Below are positions 1 through 13,378 of a stretch of DNA of 64,000 nt, in pieces. The translations under genes were made by a program, and so were the position numbers. The DNA comes from the human T2T-CHM13v2.0 reference genome, Homo sapiens. The notes beneath the pieces are model-generated. The model was given only the letters and a program-made list of their open reading frames with translations. It ran no database searches and was not told the origin of the DNA. Numbering within the stretch: the stretch's first letter is position 1; every line of letters begins with the position of its first letter. The stretch lies in the NCBI RefSeq assembly GCF_009914755.1, contig NC_060928.1; one strand, 5' to 3'.

Positions 1-1129
1 CAGATGGTGGATGGCATTTGTATTTAGAGGATTGTGTTGACAGTATAATGAAAGGAAGTTATACGAAGAAGGAATATATGTGTTTACTAATGACGTTAAG
101 GATTTAAAGTGTTTTCTTAATAATGTGGAGTATGCCTTCAGCTATTGTTATTCCTACCAGCTATTGCAAGCTATGTAGTACTGGGTAGTACTTAACAAAT
201 GTTAAGCCCAGGGCACACTGCATTTAAAAAAAAAAAAAAAAGATTTGGACTTTAAAATTCAGAGGAGACCTATCACTGAACATTCTTCTCTATTCTAAAC
301 TAGTAAAAAGCATAATTAAAGCGTTATAGGTAAGGCTCACTATAGGCTATAGTAAGAAGACAGACAAGAGGTGTTCCACAAATCACAGGAAGTCCCCACC
401 CCCCTACTCCTTTCTGGAAAGGAAGACTTTCTTTGTTGTCAGATGAGGGAATATAATGGGAGGGAACCACAGAGTTGATGCAATAAGACAAATGTGAGAG
501 CTTCCAATCTTGTTGTAACAGCCTCTAATGTTCCCAGGCCTTCCCTACACCATTGAAACAGTACGTACACATCGTTTGAGAATTAGGGTTACTGTCTGGA
601 CATTTTTATCTGTAATGTGCCACTAATTGGCAGTTGACTGTAGGTTATTTCAGAGAAATCCTTAGTACCAAAGGCCACAAGTTAGTGTGGAATTCTCAGG
701 AATGTCTGCTTTTATATGCCCCACACCCTCAAGCCCCACCCATGTTCTCATTTCCCGCCCCTGTAGGACTACATGCTGACTTGCCAGAGGCCATAGGAGC
801 AGCTAAGAAGGATACATTGCAGACCCCAAATGTCCATCTCACCTCCTGCTTATTAATAAGATAGCAGCAGCAAACTAAGGGAAAAGGTGGAAAACATTGA
901 CAAAGAAGATGTAGCTTCCGCCTTCTCTATGTTGTAGATATTCCAGTGAAATGGACTATGGTTTTGTCTGTAACAAAAATTTTTTGGAAAACAAAAAACC
1001 TTAATTCGATAGATTTGACTATTTTTAAGGATAAGGTCAGACTTGCTTCATGATTGATGAAATACACAGAAATCATTTATTAAGACATCAAAGAGTAAGC
1101 AAAAATTAGTCATAGAATATTAGAGTTTA

Positions 1130-1578
1130 AACCAAATGTATCTGAGACGAATCTCAATCAATTAGGAGTTTATTTTGCCAAAATAAAGATCACATCTGAA
1201 AGAAACACAGAACCACAGAAACAGTTTGTGGTCTGCACCCTTCTCCAAAGATGACTTCGATGTTTGAGGGCTTCAATATTTAAAGTGGAATAGTGGGCTA
1301 GAGGGAAAGGAGGGAGGGTATGGTCACATTACTGAATCCACATGTTACAGGAGAAAAGGAGCAGGCAGGGGAATCGTCGATTATGTATTCATCTGGTGCT
1401 GAGCATAAAATAAGGTGAACACAGAACAGCTACTTGTGGAGATAATTGACCTTTTCTCTATAGCTCTCTGCTTAAGAGGAAAAGGTAAGGCAGCTTCTTG
1501 CATGACTCAGCTTTCAGCTTAGTTTTTTTTTTGTCAGAGTGTGTTGGTGTCCCAAGTTTTTATTTTTATTTTTTCACA
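1130..1578 (-). mobile_element. Solo ERV1 LTR, MER4-group
   Basis: Minus strand starts TGTGAAAA...AATAAAAACTTGGGAC...AAGCTGAAAGCTGAGTCATGCAAGAAGCTGCC and contains TTTAAATATTGAAGCCCTC, typical of MER4-type LTRs. Subfamily not resolved. Confidence 0.7.
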
Positions 1579-2216
1579 AGAATCAGAAAAGTTTTTGAAG
1601 ATTATCCAATCAAAGTATTCCTTAGATGTTTCAATATCAGTAAATGATCGTGTACTTTGTGTTTGAACACCTCCAATAGTTGTGAATCTATCTCTTTAAA
1701 GGAGCTCATTCTGTGTGGAAATATCTTACAGAGTTAACTTTTCTTCATTTGTAGTTGAAATCATCTCATTGACACCTATCTCATGCTGCGCCTTAGCTCA
1801 GCGTGTGTGTATCTTAATAATCTTTGCCAAAATCAAAGCAAGTTTCACTCTGGCCCATTCTTGATTCATTAGCCTTGATTCTGTCTGTCTTCCCTATAAG
1901 TATTTAATCATCATTTGTCTTATAGGTTAGGCACAAAATCTGGCTATTCCTTTGTCCTTGTGGAATCATCTATCTACTAGGTTACCAGTGATTCCCATAA
2001 CTTCGTCTCCTACCCTGACTTGGCCTTCATCAATTCCTGGGTTTCCAAATGTGTCTAAGGCATTTCTGTGACAAGCTTCCCAACCTATAATATCTTAAAT
2101 AGCATTTTCCCTTTCAGGACAAGTCCCTTATCCAATGACTGTAATTCATTACTGTACCACCATTTTTCTAGTCTTCACGCTGAAAGTATATTTCCTTAAT
2201 GTTTTATTTGGATGTA

Positions 2217-3328
2217 CAGTCAATCCCCATTATTCACAGATTCAACATTTGTACGTTTGTCCACTTACTAAAATTTATTTGTAGCCAAAATCAATACTCA
2301 TGGTGCCTTCAGGGTTGTTCACAGACATGCACTGAGCAATGTAAAATTTGAGTCCCCTGACATGCACACATTCCCAACTGAGTGGAACAAGGCAATGCTC
2401 TGCTTCTTGTTTCAGCTCTCATACCACAAACAGGTGCCCTTTCCTAAGTCTATTTCATGCCACATTGTTCTTCCTTTTCTGTTTTTTAAAATAGATTTCA
2501 CCATTTCACGTGGCCCCCAAGCTTAGTGCTGAAGTGCTAGTGTTCCTAAGGCTGTGGGGTGCCTTCGGGAGAAAATACACGTGCTAGATAAGCTGCATTC
2601 AGGCATGAGTTATAGTGCCGTTGGCCAATGTTAATGAATCAACAATATGTATTAAATAAGGTGCCTTTAAACAGAAACACACATAAACAAGGTTATGTTA
2701 TTGATTGCTCGATACAAATATTGTGATCATGTACATTGATGGCAGCACAGTTCACAATTGTGAAGATGTGGAACCAATCCAAGTGCCCATCAGCTGATGA
2801 GTGGATAAAGAAAACGTGGCATATATACACCACGGAATACCACTCAGCCATAGAAAATAACGAAATAATGTCTTTTGCAGCAACTTGGATGGAGCTGGAG
2901 GCCAGTATTCTAAGTGAAGTAACACAGGAGTAGAAACCCAAAGATCGTATGTTCCCACTTATAGGTGGGAACTAAGCTATGAGTACATAGACATACAGAG
3001 TGATATAATAGACCTTACAGACTCAGGAGCCAGAGTGGATGGGGACCTAGGGATAAAAAAGCCTACCTATTAGGTACAATGTATACTACTTGGGTGACTC
3101 ATGCACCAAAAGTCTCAGAATTCATCAATATATAATTCACCCATGTAACAAAAAACCACTTGTACCCTAAAAGCTATTAAAATAAAAAATTAACAAAGAA
3201 AATGTGATCAAAGGCTCACAGGAACCTAGCCCTGTATTTCTCCCAGGAGTGATGGTTCAGTATTCACAATCCAGTGTTCACAGCAACTTCATAGAACTTA
3301 AGTTCTGCAAATAATGAAAATCAACTAT
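2217..3328 (+). mobile_element. MER82-like Tigger DNA transposon, split by an L1 3' fragment
   Basis: Termini cagtcaatccccattattcacaga and ...tgcaaataatgaaaatcaacta form degenerate inverted repeats; internal aaaatttatttgtagccaaaatcaatactc motif. Confidence 0.7.
2730..3200 (+). mobile_element. 5'-truncated L1 (L1PB/L1MA-type), ORF2 C-terminus plus 3'UTR
   Basis: ORF 2736-2933 resembles the ORF2p C-terminus (WNQSKCPSADEWIKKTWHIYT). A-rich tail; tgtgatca repeated on both flanks (2722-2729, 3203-3210). Confidence 0.85.
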
Positions 3329-3467
3329 AATTTGGGATTCACAGAAAAGTTTCCAGAACAGTAAAAAGAATTCCTGTACACTCTTAACCCAGGTTCCCAT
3401 TTTACCACATTTGCTTTATCCCCCACTCCTCTGTGTGTGTGTATATCACACACAGTATCTATGAATA

Positions 3468-3768
3468 CAGTTGTCCCTCTGTATCCATGGGGGATTGATT
3501 CCAGGATCCCTCACAGACACCAAAATTTGCACATGCTCAAGTCCCCCTTATATGAGATGGCATAATATTTGAATATAACCTACACATCTTCTTCCATATA
3601 ATTTAAATCATCTCTAGGTTTCTTATACTACCTAATACAATGTAAATGCTGTGTAAATAGTTATACTGTATTATTTGTATTATTTTTATTGTATTTTTTC
3701 CCAAATATTTTCTATCTGTGATTGGTTGAATCTGTAAATAAGGAACCTGCCGATATGGAAGACTGACT
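3468..3768 (+). mobile_element. MER2 (Tigger) DNA transposon inside an old L1M 3'UTR remnant (about 3330-4270, minus)
   Basis: TA-flanked cagttgtccctctgtatccatggggg ... gatatggaagactgacta inverted termini; MER2-like core aaatcatctctag...tacctaatacaatgtaaatgc. Confidence 0.8.
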
Positions 3769-6700
3769 ATATGTAATTCTAACATATCTTCATATCCTTT
3801 GCAGCTAAATGCTTCAATGTATATTTTCTAAAAATAAGTATATGTTCTTACATAAGTAAAATACAAATATCAAAATCAGGAAGTGAACAGGAATTCAGTA
3901 TTACCATCTATACATTTATTAGGAACTACCAGTTGTCCCAATAATACTGGATCATGTATTGCATTCAGCTGTCATGTTCCTCTAGCCATTGTAAATTTAA
4001 TACAGTTCCTCAGTCTGTCTTTTTCTTTCTTGACATTGATGTTTTTAAGGACTATACATCAGTTATTTTGTAGAATGTCTTCAGTGTGCTTTGATGTTTG
4101 TTTATGATTAGATTTAGATTATGCTGTTTTTGGCAGGAACATTACAAGAGTGGTGCTGTGTTCTGAGTACATCATATCAGGAGGAACATGAAGTTGGTTT
4201 GTTCCATTTCTAGTAATGCTAACTGAACACTTAGCTGAGAGGGTTTTTTCCAAGATTCTCTACCACAAAATCATTGATGTTCCAGCTAGAGACCCCCAGG
4301 AACACCCCTAGGTTGAACAAAGATGTTTCTTGGCCACTGCAACACGCCACAGGGAACTGGTGGGCGTCTCAGTAAGAGATGCTCAGAAAGGAGGTACTTA
4401 TTGTTGGGTTTAGACTTATGTGTGATTATTTGGGGGAAGTTTCAAGGAAGTGTGGTTTCATTCCAGATTGGGCGCTATCAGAAAACAGGGACAATTTCAT
4501 GATTGGTTATATTAATAATTTTTATCTAAGAGGGTCAGAGGAATGGAGCAAAGCTGAGCCCATATCTGATAAGGCAGCAGCAATCACTCGTGCCATGAGA
4601 GGGCACATGCTTGATCCTTGTTTGTGATTTGGGCAGTATTCTAAGTCTTTGCCATGTCTGTTTGATTATGGAGTGGCCTTGCTTATATTTGATTTCATCA
4701 GTATCACAAAATGACTTTGTCTAATATTTGTTCTGGTATACAATTATTTATATTCAGCTAAACACGATCACCTAGGTGCGAGAGCCAGGCCAGCTTCCAT
4801 TTGATAGCAGTCAGAGACTTCTTTTTGCTTATTAATTGCTAATTTTTCCTTTGTAATTAATGTAGGCATCTCTACTGAAGTTGGTAGATAGGTAGGTAGA
4901 TGGGTAGGGTAGAGAGGTGAGTGGATGGGCAGATGGATAGGAGAAAAGAGAGCTCTTCATTATTTGCTAAGTGATAGATGTAAAAGAAACTATGGAAACA
5001 GAAAATCATTATTTGACAACCATAATAATTTATTCAGACAAGGATCATCAATGAAAGTTCGAGGAGCAACAGCCTATATAGCCTTAAACTATTTCCTCAC
5101 AAAATACCTATTAGTTGCAAGGGAAACAGCTATTTTATAAATTAGAAAATGTTAATCACCCCGTTATGATGATGATGAGAGTGGTAGTACAGCCAAGCTT
5201 TACTGGAAAGTTATGGGTGAAGTACTTTATATTAATTTAATCTAGGTGATATAGATTGTATGGACATTGTCTGAGGTTTATAATGGCTTGTGAACTAGTC
5301 ATAGGGCATACACTTTGTATTTAACCAAGACAATCTTCAGACTCAATTCCTATTACCAGCCATCTTACAGAGTCTCTTTCCTGTGTATCTAATTTATCAC
5401 TCAATTTCTCTTCAAATCTCTCATTTGCATTCCTCCTTTTCCTACTGCAGTAAAGTTCTCCTCACCTCATATATGGATTACTGCAGCTAGTTCAAAGCAA
5501 TCCCCCTATTCCAGTTTCTTCTTTTTCAAATCTGTAATACAAAACATTTCCCTCTGTGCCTTTCTGTAAGATCCCTTGTAGCATGGCATCACCCTGCCCC
5601 ACCTCGGCAAATTCAGACTTCTCATTTTCAAGACCATCAGTAATTTGATCCCTTTACTTTTCTCTTTTCCAAGGAAGTTTCGCTCACTGTCCCCAACCCC
5701 CTTCTGTAATAAACTCCATGTCTTTTTCTGCATTGAGAAAGCTCTTCTGCTGTACTCTATATCTGAATTCTACTCATTTTCAAGTAATAACTTCCCTAAA
5801 ATCTTCCCCAATTTGGATCTCAAAATCAGTCTTGTATCTAGAATGTACTCCATCCTGTCTAATATTGAATAATTTTCTGTTTTCTACAGGTATCTCAGTT
5901 TTGACCCTGTCGAAAATGCAAGTTCCTTTGCAATGGGGACCCAGCAATCTTTCCTTTGATTCTTTAACACCTAGCAGAGTGTTGGGTGCAGGGTGGAGCC
6001 TCTGTAAGTGAAGGACTTGCTGATTGGTGAATTACTCTAATGTGGGCAGGTGAACCAGGTACAAGTAATCCCCTCTCAATGAAAGGACAGCTGCATTTTG
6101 GACACTTGATGAAAGATGTTTTTCTTGTAAACTGAAATGTATGATGAATTGCTTTTGTTCTGTATGTTCTTCTGTATATATGCTTTCTTTTCCATTTGAT
6201 TATGAGAAACAATTGCTGTTAAACCCCCAAATTTTCAGCACACAGAGAAACCTCAAAAGACTTGTGAAACTGATAGCCTAATTATAATTTAACCCCCATA
6301 CACTATACTGTAACAAACTGTGCTACTTCCTCAAATACATCGTGTCCTTTTCAAGCCTTCCCGCTTTGTTCATGCTGCTATGTCTTCTAGAAGATATCTC
6401 CTCCTTCATACCTGGGAAAGTTTTATTTATATGTCAAGTTCCAGCTTAATTGTAGTCTTCTCTGAGAAACTCTTCCTGATCATCGGACAAAACTAATTGT
6501 TCCTCTCTCTGTGCTTCAGTAGCACTTTGCTTATACTCTGTTTCAGACCTTGCTATGCATTATTGGAAATAGTGCCATCTTGCCCGATTATATCATGAGA
6601 CTGAGGGCAGGACTGTGCCTTGTGTCACTTTTGTTTTGGAAGCAACGCTGTAGCAATCAATAAATTTTAACGTGGCAAGCCCTTGTTAAGAACTGTGTAA

Positions 6701-9700
6701 GTGAACTCATGCTAGTGGAGTGTAAAGTTCCAATTATATATTATTCGAATTAGTAGATCTGAAAGGCCTCATATAGATCATACGGGGTTTTCTTTAAATA
6801 GACTTTAACATGAAAAAGAATTACAGATGAATTATGCTACTTTGAAGGGGCTTTTTTCTTCCCAAAATTAAAAAAGAAGCTGAAAACTCTGAAGTCACCA
6901 ATTTTGCAGTAACTTTATTTACTTATATATTATTTTGTACAAAATATGACCTATTTCAGAAAGAGAAACATCTTGTTTTGTCATAATAAAGCACAAAAAG
7001 TATATAAGTTTCTTCAATAGCATGCATGGTTGTAACATTAATATCTAGTTGAATGACTACCCTAGAAATTTTAATAAGTACACCCAACAAAGAATAAAAA
7101 TACTCAAAATATTATTTTCTGAAAAACATAAGGAATTTAGGAGGTTTTAATTCTCATCACTCCTGATTTACATGCTTAATTTAGAATTTTACTTCTGTCC
7201 TTTTTAACTCCACAAATTAGACATATTATTTAAGACATAAATTATTATTTTATGCAGCTAATACTTAGGCTTAGCTATGTATTTACCAGTTTGTTTGCAC
7301 ACTACCAGTTTTTGCATTTCACACATTGCATTTGAGATAATTTTTCTTCTACCTTCTAAAGGAAGAGTGCAGTAAACTCACTTTTTGTTTTTCTAAAAAT
7401 GTCCTCTTTTGACCTTTTTTTGACACATAATTTTGTTGGTTATTCCAGACAGCGGATTTTTCTCTCAGCATTATGAAGATAATCTATAGTCTTTCTGGCT
7501 TCTAATGCTGTTGCAAAGTCAGCTGAAAATATAATTGTCATGTTGTAGGTAATCTGTATTTTTTCTCTGGCTGTTTCTAAGATCTGTTGTTTTTAGTATT
7601 CTTCATTTTCACTATGAAATGGAATTTCAGTATTTATATGGAGTGCTTTATATTCATTGTGCCTGGAATTTGTTGACTTCCCTGAATCTGAAGACTGGAA
7701 TCTTTCAACAAATCTGGGAAATATTTAGCCATCATTTCTTCAAATACTGCCTCTACTTTATCTCTTTTGTCCATTTTTTTTCTGGAATTCAAAAGATGTA
7801 TATTAGATTGTCTCCATATATTATGCCTATCTCATATACTCATATTTTTCATTTCTTTCTCTTGGTGTGATGAATTCTGTATAATTTATTCAAATCTGTC
7901 TTGCTCTTTACCCTTTTTTTCAGTGATTTAAGCATTCCATTCAATTTTAATTTTAATGTTTTTTTATTTCTAGAGGTTTTATTAATTTCTTTTTCAAATC
8001 TGCGTTATTGGCTTTTGTGGTTTCTTATTTGTATTCTTTTATTCAATGCTTACTTTTATTCCTTTAAACAGATTAAGTACTTATTTTATATTTAAGATAA
8101 TTTTGTATTTCAGATAATTTTGTATGTGATTCAGCTGGTTCTTTTGTTTGAGCTGGATCTCACATATGTTGTCTTGATTTTTATGTGTGTGCGTATAGTT
8201 TAAGAACTTTGTTTGCTGGAATAGATCAAGGCATTGTTAGAAAGTACATTGTTAGAAAGTGTAATGACTGAATCAAGGTAATTAGCATATCCCAATACAA
8301 TTCTTTGTTTTGGGAAATCCTCTCCTAACTTGCTTGAAAATACACAATAAATTATTGTTAACTATAGTCTCCCTAAAGTACTATAAAACGCTAGAAATTA
8401 TCCTATCTAGCTGTAATTCCGTGTTTGTTAACCAGCCTCTCTTTATTCCCTTACCATCCACTCTTCCCAGAATCTAGTATCCACAATTCTACTCTCTATT
8501 TTTATGAGCTCAACTTTTGTAGCTCCCACATGTGAGTGTGAACATGCATTCTTTATCCTTCTGTGCCTGACCTATCTCACCTATTATAATGTCCTCCAGG
8601 CTCACTCATGTTGCCACGAATGACAGAATTTTATTCATTTTGATGGCCAAATAGTATTCTATTGAGTATATTTACCATAATTTCTTTATCCATTAATCTG
8701 TTGATGGACTCTTGAGTTGATTCCTTATCTTGAGTATTGTGAATAATGTTTCAGTGAACATGGAAGTGCAGATACCTCTCTGATATTCTGATTTCCTTTT
8801 CTTTGGATAAATCCCAGTAGTGGGATTGCTGGATTATATGTTAGTTCTATTTTCAGTTTTTTTGAGAAACCTCCACACCGTTTTCCATAATGATTACACT
8901 AATTTACATTCCATAAACAATGTACAAGAGTTCTTTTTCTCTGCATTCTCACCAGCATTTTTTTTATTTTTTGTATTTTTTGATAATAGCCATTTTAACT
9001 GGGGTGAGATAAATGTCTCACTGTGGTTTTGATTTGTATTTCCCTGATGATTAGTGATGTTAAACATCTTTTATATACCTGTTGACCATTTATATATCTT
9101 CTTTTGAGAAATGTCTATTCAGCTCATTTGCCCACTGTTTAATTGGATTATTTGTTGTTTTGGCTGTTGAGTTCCTTGTGTATTCTAAATATTAATCTCT
9201 TGTTGGATGAATAGTTTACAAACATTTTCACTGATTCTTCAGGTAGTCTCTTTACTCTGTTGATTTATTCTTGTGCTGTGAAGACACTTTATAGTTTGAT
9301 ATTAATCCATTTGTCATTTTTGCTTTGTTACCTGGGCTTTAGAAGTCATATCCACAAAGTCTTTGCTTAGATCAGTGTCCTTAAGTATTTCCCTTTTGTT
9401 TTCTTCTAGTAGTTTTATAGTTTCAGGTCTTACATTTTAATCTATCTTGAGTTGATTTTTGTATATAGTGAGAGATGTGGGTGTAATGTTTGGTCTTCTG
9501 CATATGGACATCCATTTTTCCCAATACCATTTATTTGAAGGAGGCTGTTCTTTCCCCATTGTATGTTCTGTTCACCTTTGTTGAGAAACAGTTGTCTGTA
9601 AATACATGGATTTATTTCTGGGAGCTGAAATTCTGTTACATCGGTGTATCTCTCTGTTTTTATACCAGTATCATGCTGTTTCGGTTACGACAGCTTCGTG

Positions 9701-10340
9701 GTATATAATTTGAATTCAGGTAGTGTGATGCGTCCAGCTTTCCTCTTTTTGTTCAGGGTTGCTTTGGCTATTTGAGATTTTTGTTACGGTTCCATATAAA
9801 TTTTAGGGTTATTTCTTTTATTTCTGTGAAGAATGTCATTGATATTTTGATAGAGATTACATTGAATCTGTAGATTAGGTAGTATAGTAATTTTGACAGT
9901 CTTCCAATTCAAAAACGTGATTTTTTTTCATTTTTGTATGTCCTCTTCAATTTCTTTCATCATTGTTTTCTAGTTTTCATTGTAGAGATCTTGCACATTT
10001 TTGGTTAAATTCCTAGGTGTTCTATTATTTTTTGTTACAATTACAAATGCGATTGATTTCTTTTTCAGCTAGTTCGTTTTGGTGTATAGAAACACTACTG
10101 ATTTTTATATGTTGATTTTGTATCCTACAATGTTACCAAATTGGTTTATCAATTTTAAGAGTTATTTAATAGAGTTTTTTGTCTTTTAGTTTTTCTATAT
10201 ATAAGACTATGTTATCTGCAAACAGGGACAGTTTCATTTCTTACTTTCCAATGTGCATGCCTTTTATTTTTTATCTTGTCTAATGCCTCTGACTAGGACT
10301 TTTAGTTCTGTGCTGAATAAGAGTTCTGAAAGTAGGCATC

Positions 10341-11845
10341 TGTATTAGTCTGTTCTTGCATTGCTGTAAAGAACTACCTGAGACTGGGTAATTTATAAAG
10401 GAAAAAGTTTTAAGTGGTTCACAGTTCTGTAGGCTGTACAGGAGGCATGGCTTGGAGGACTCAGAAAACTTACAGTCATGGTGGAAGGCAAAGGGAAAGC
10501 AGGCACTTCATACATGGCTGGAAAAGGAAGAAGAGAGAGAGAAGTGCTACACACTTTCAAACAACCAAATCTCATGAGAACAGCAAGGGGGAAGTTTGCC
10601 CCCATTATTCAATCACCTTCCACAAGGCCCCTCCTCCAATACTAGCAATTACAATTTGATATGAGATTTGGGTGGAGACACAGAGCCAAACCATATTATT
10701 CTACCCCGGTCCTTCCCAAATCTCATGTCCTTCTCACATTGCAAAATACAATCATACTTTCTCAGCAGTCCCCCAAGTCTTTATTCATTTCAGCATTAAT
10801 TCAAATGTCTGAGTACAAACTCTGAGACAAGGCAAGTCTCTTCCACCTATAAGCCTGTAAAATAAAAAACAAGTTAGTCACTTCTGGGATACAGTGGGGG
10901 TACAGGCATTGGGTAAATGCTCCCATTCCAAAAGGGAGAAATTGGCCAAAACAAAGCGGCTACAGGCCTCATGCAAGTCTGAAACCCAGCAGGGCAGTCA
11001 TTAAATCTTAAAGCCCCAAAATAATCTTTGACCCCAGGCCACACCGATGCAAGGGGTGGACTCCCAAGGCCTTGGGCAGTTGCACCGCTGTGGCTCTGCA
11101 TGGCTGCTCTCAAGGGCTACTGTTGAGTGTCTGTGGCATTTCCAGGTGCCCAGTATAAGCTGTTGGTGGGTCTACAATTCTGGGGGCTGGAGGATGGTGG
11201 CTCTCTTCTCACAGCTCCACTAGGCAGTGCCCCGGCACGGACAGTGTGCGGGGGCTTCAATACCACACTTCCCTTCCTCACTGCCCTAGTAGAGGTTCTC
11301 CATGAGGGCCCCACTCCTGCAGCAAACTTCTTCCTGGACATCCAGGCATTTCCATACATCCTCTGAAATCTAGGTGGAGGTTCTCAAACCCCAGTTCTTG
11401 ACTTCTGGGCACTCGCAGGCTCAACGCTACGTGGAAGTTGCCAATGCTTGGGGTTTGCACCCTGTGAAGCCACGGCCTGAGCTCTATGTTGGCCCCTTTC
11501 AGCCATGGCTGCAGTGGTTGGGACACATGGCGCCAAGTACCTAAGCTGCACACAGCACAGGGAACCTGTTTCAGGCCACGAAACTATTTTTCCCTTCTAG
11601 GTCTCCAGGCCTGTGATGGGAAGGGTTGCTGCCAAGGTCCCTGAAATTCCCTGGAGGCATTTTTGCCATTGTCTTGCTATTAACATTCAGCTCCTTTTTA
11701 CTTATGCAGATTTCTGCAGCCTTGAATTCCTCTCCAGAAAATAGGTCTTTCTTTTCTACTACATGGTCGGGCTGCAAATTTTCCAAACTTTTATTCTCTG
11801 TTTCCCTTTTAAATATAACTTCCAGTTTCAGAAAATCTCTTCGTT
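10341..11845 (-). mobile_element. MaLR MSTA: one LTR (10341-10698) plus partial internal sequence (10699-11845)
   Basis: tgtattagtctgttcttgcattgct ... gagatttgggtggagacacagagccaaaccatatta, then MST/THE1-internal sequence (ttctaccccggtccttcccaaatctcatgtcc...). Confidence 0.9.
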
Positions 11846-13080
11846 GAAGTACGTTCTTTCTGTACCTAATTTATTGAGAGTTTTATCATAAAAGATGTTG
11901 AATTTTAGCAAATGTTTCTTTGGCCTGTGGTTTTAGTCTTTCATCTGTTGATGTAATGTATCACATTTATTGATATGCATGTGTTGAAACATCCTTGCAT
12001 CCTTGGGATAAATCCTAGTTGACTGTGGTATAGAATCTTTTTGATGTGCTGTTTGATTTCGTTTGCTAGTATTTTGTTGGGGATTTTGCATCTGTGTTCA
12101 TCAGGGTTATTGGTCTGTAGTTTTCTTTTTTGGCTGTCTTTGTGCTGTTTTGATATCAGAGTAATGCTACTCTTATAGAATTAATAGAATAATTAATTAA
12201 TAGAATTAATGTGGAGGAATTTTTTTCTCTTCAGTTTTTTGGAAAAGTTTGAGAAGAATTGTTGTTAGTCCTTTAAAGGTTCAGTAGAATTCATCAGTGA
12301 AGCCATTTGGTTCCAGGATTTTCTTTGTTGAGAGACTTCTTATTCCTGATTCAACCTCATCATTTGTTAGTCAGTTCAGGTTTTCTGTTTATTTTTGGTT
12401 CAGTTTTGGTAAATTATATGTGTCTGGAAATTTATTCATTTTTTGTAGATTTTCCATTTTGTTTGTGTAGCATTATGCATAATAGTCTGTAAAGATCCTT
12501 TTTGTGTCTGTGGTATCAGTTGTAATGGTTCCTTTTTTGTTTCTGATTTTGAGTCTTCTCTTTTTATTCTTAGTACAGCTAATGGTTTCTCAGTATCGTT
12601 TATCTTTTCCAAAAACCAACTTTTTCTTTCACTGATCTTTAGTACTTTAAGTCTTTGTTTCATTTAGTTCTGATCTTTATTATTTCCTTTATTCTAATGT
12701 GGGGTTTTGTTTTTTCTTGCTTTTCTGATAGCTTGAGGCACAACATGAGGTTGTTTATTTGAAATATTTCTACTTTTTTGATGTAGGCATTTATTGCTAT
12801 GAACTTCACTTAATACTGCCTTTGTCTATCCCATAGGTTAGGATATTTTTCATTTGTTTGAAGAAACTTTCTTATTTTTTTCCTAATTTCTTCCTTTACC
12901 CATTCAGGAGCATGTTGTTTAATTTCCATGTATTTGTACAATTTCCAGTTTCTCTTGTTGTTGATTTCTAGTTATATATTGTTGTAGTATGAAAAGATAC
13001 TTGATATGATTTTAGTTTTTTAAAATTTGTTAAGACTTGTTTTGCAGCCTACCATGTGATCTATCCTAAAGAATGTTCTG

Positions 13081-13378
<298 letters not shown>

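Noticed and set aside
4275-4810. Possible old LTR element
   Set aside because: Composition is suggestive, but I could not confidently assign a family or termini.
6234-6254. REST/NRSE-like TTCAGCAC half-site (also near 27585 and 31470)
   Set aside because: The right half-site GGACAG is absent at the proper spacing.
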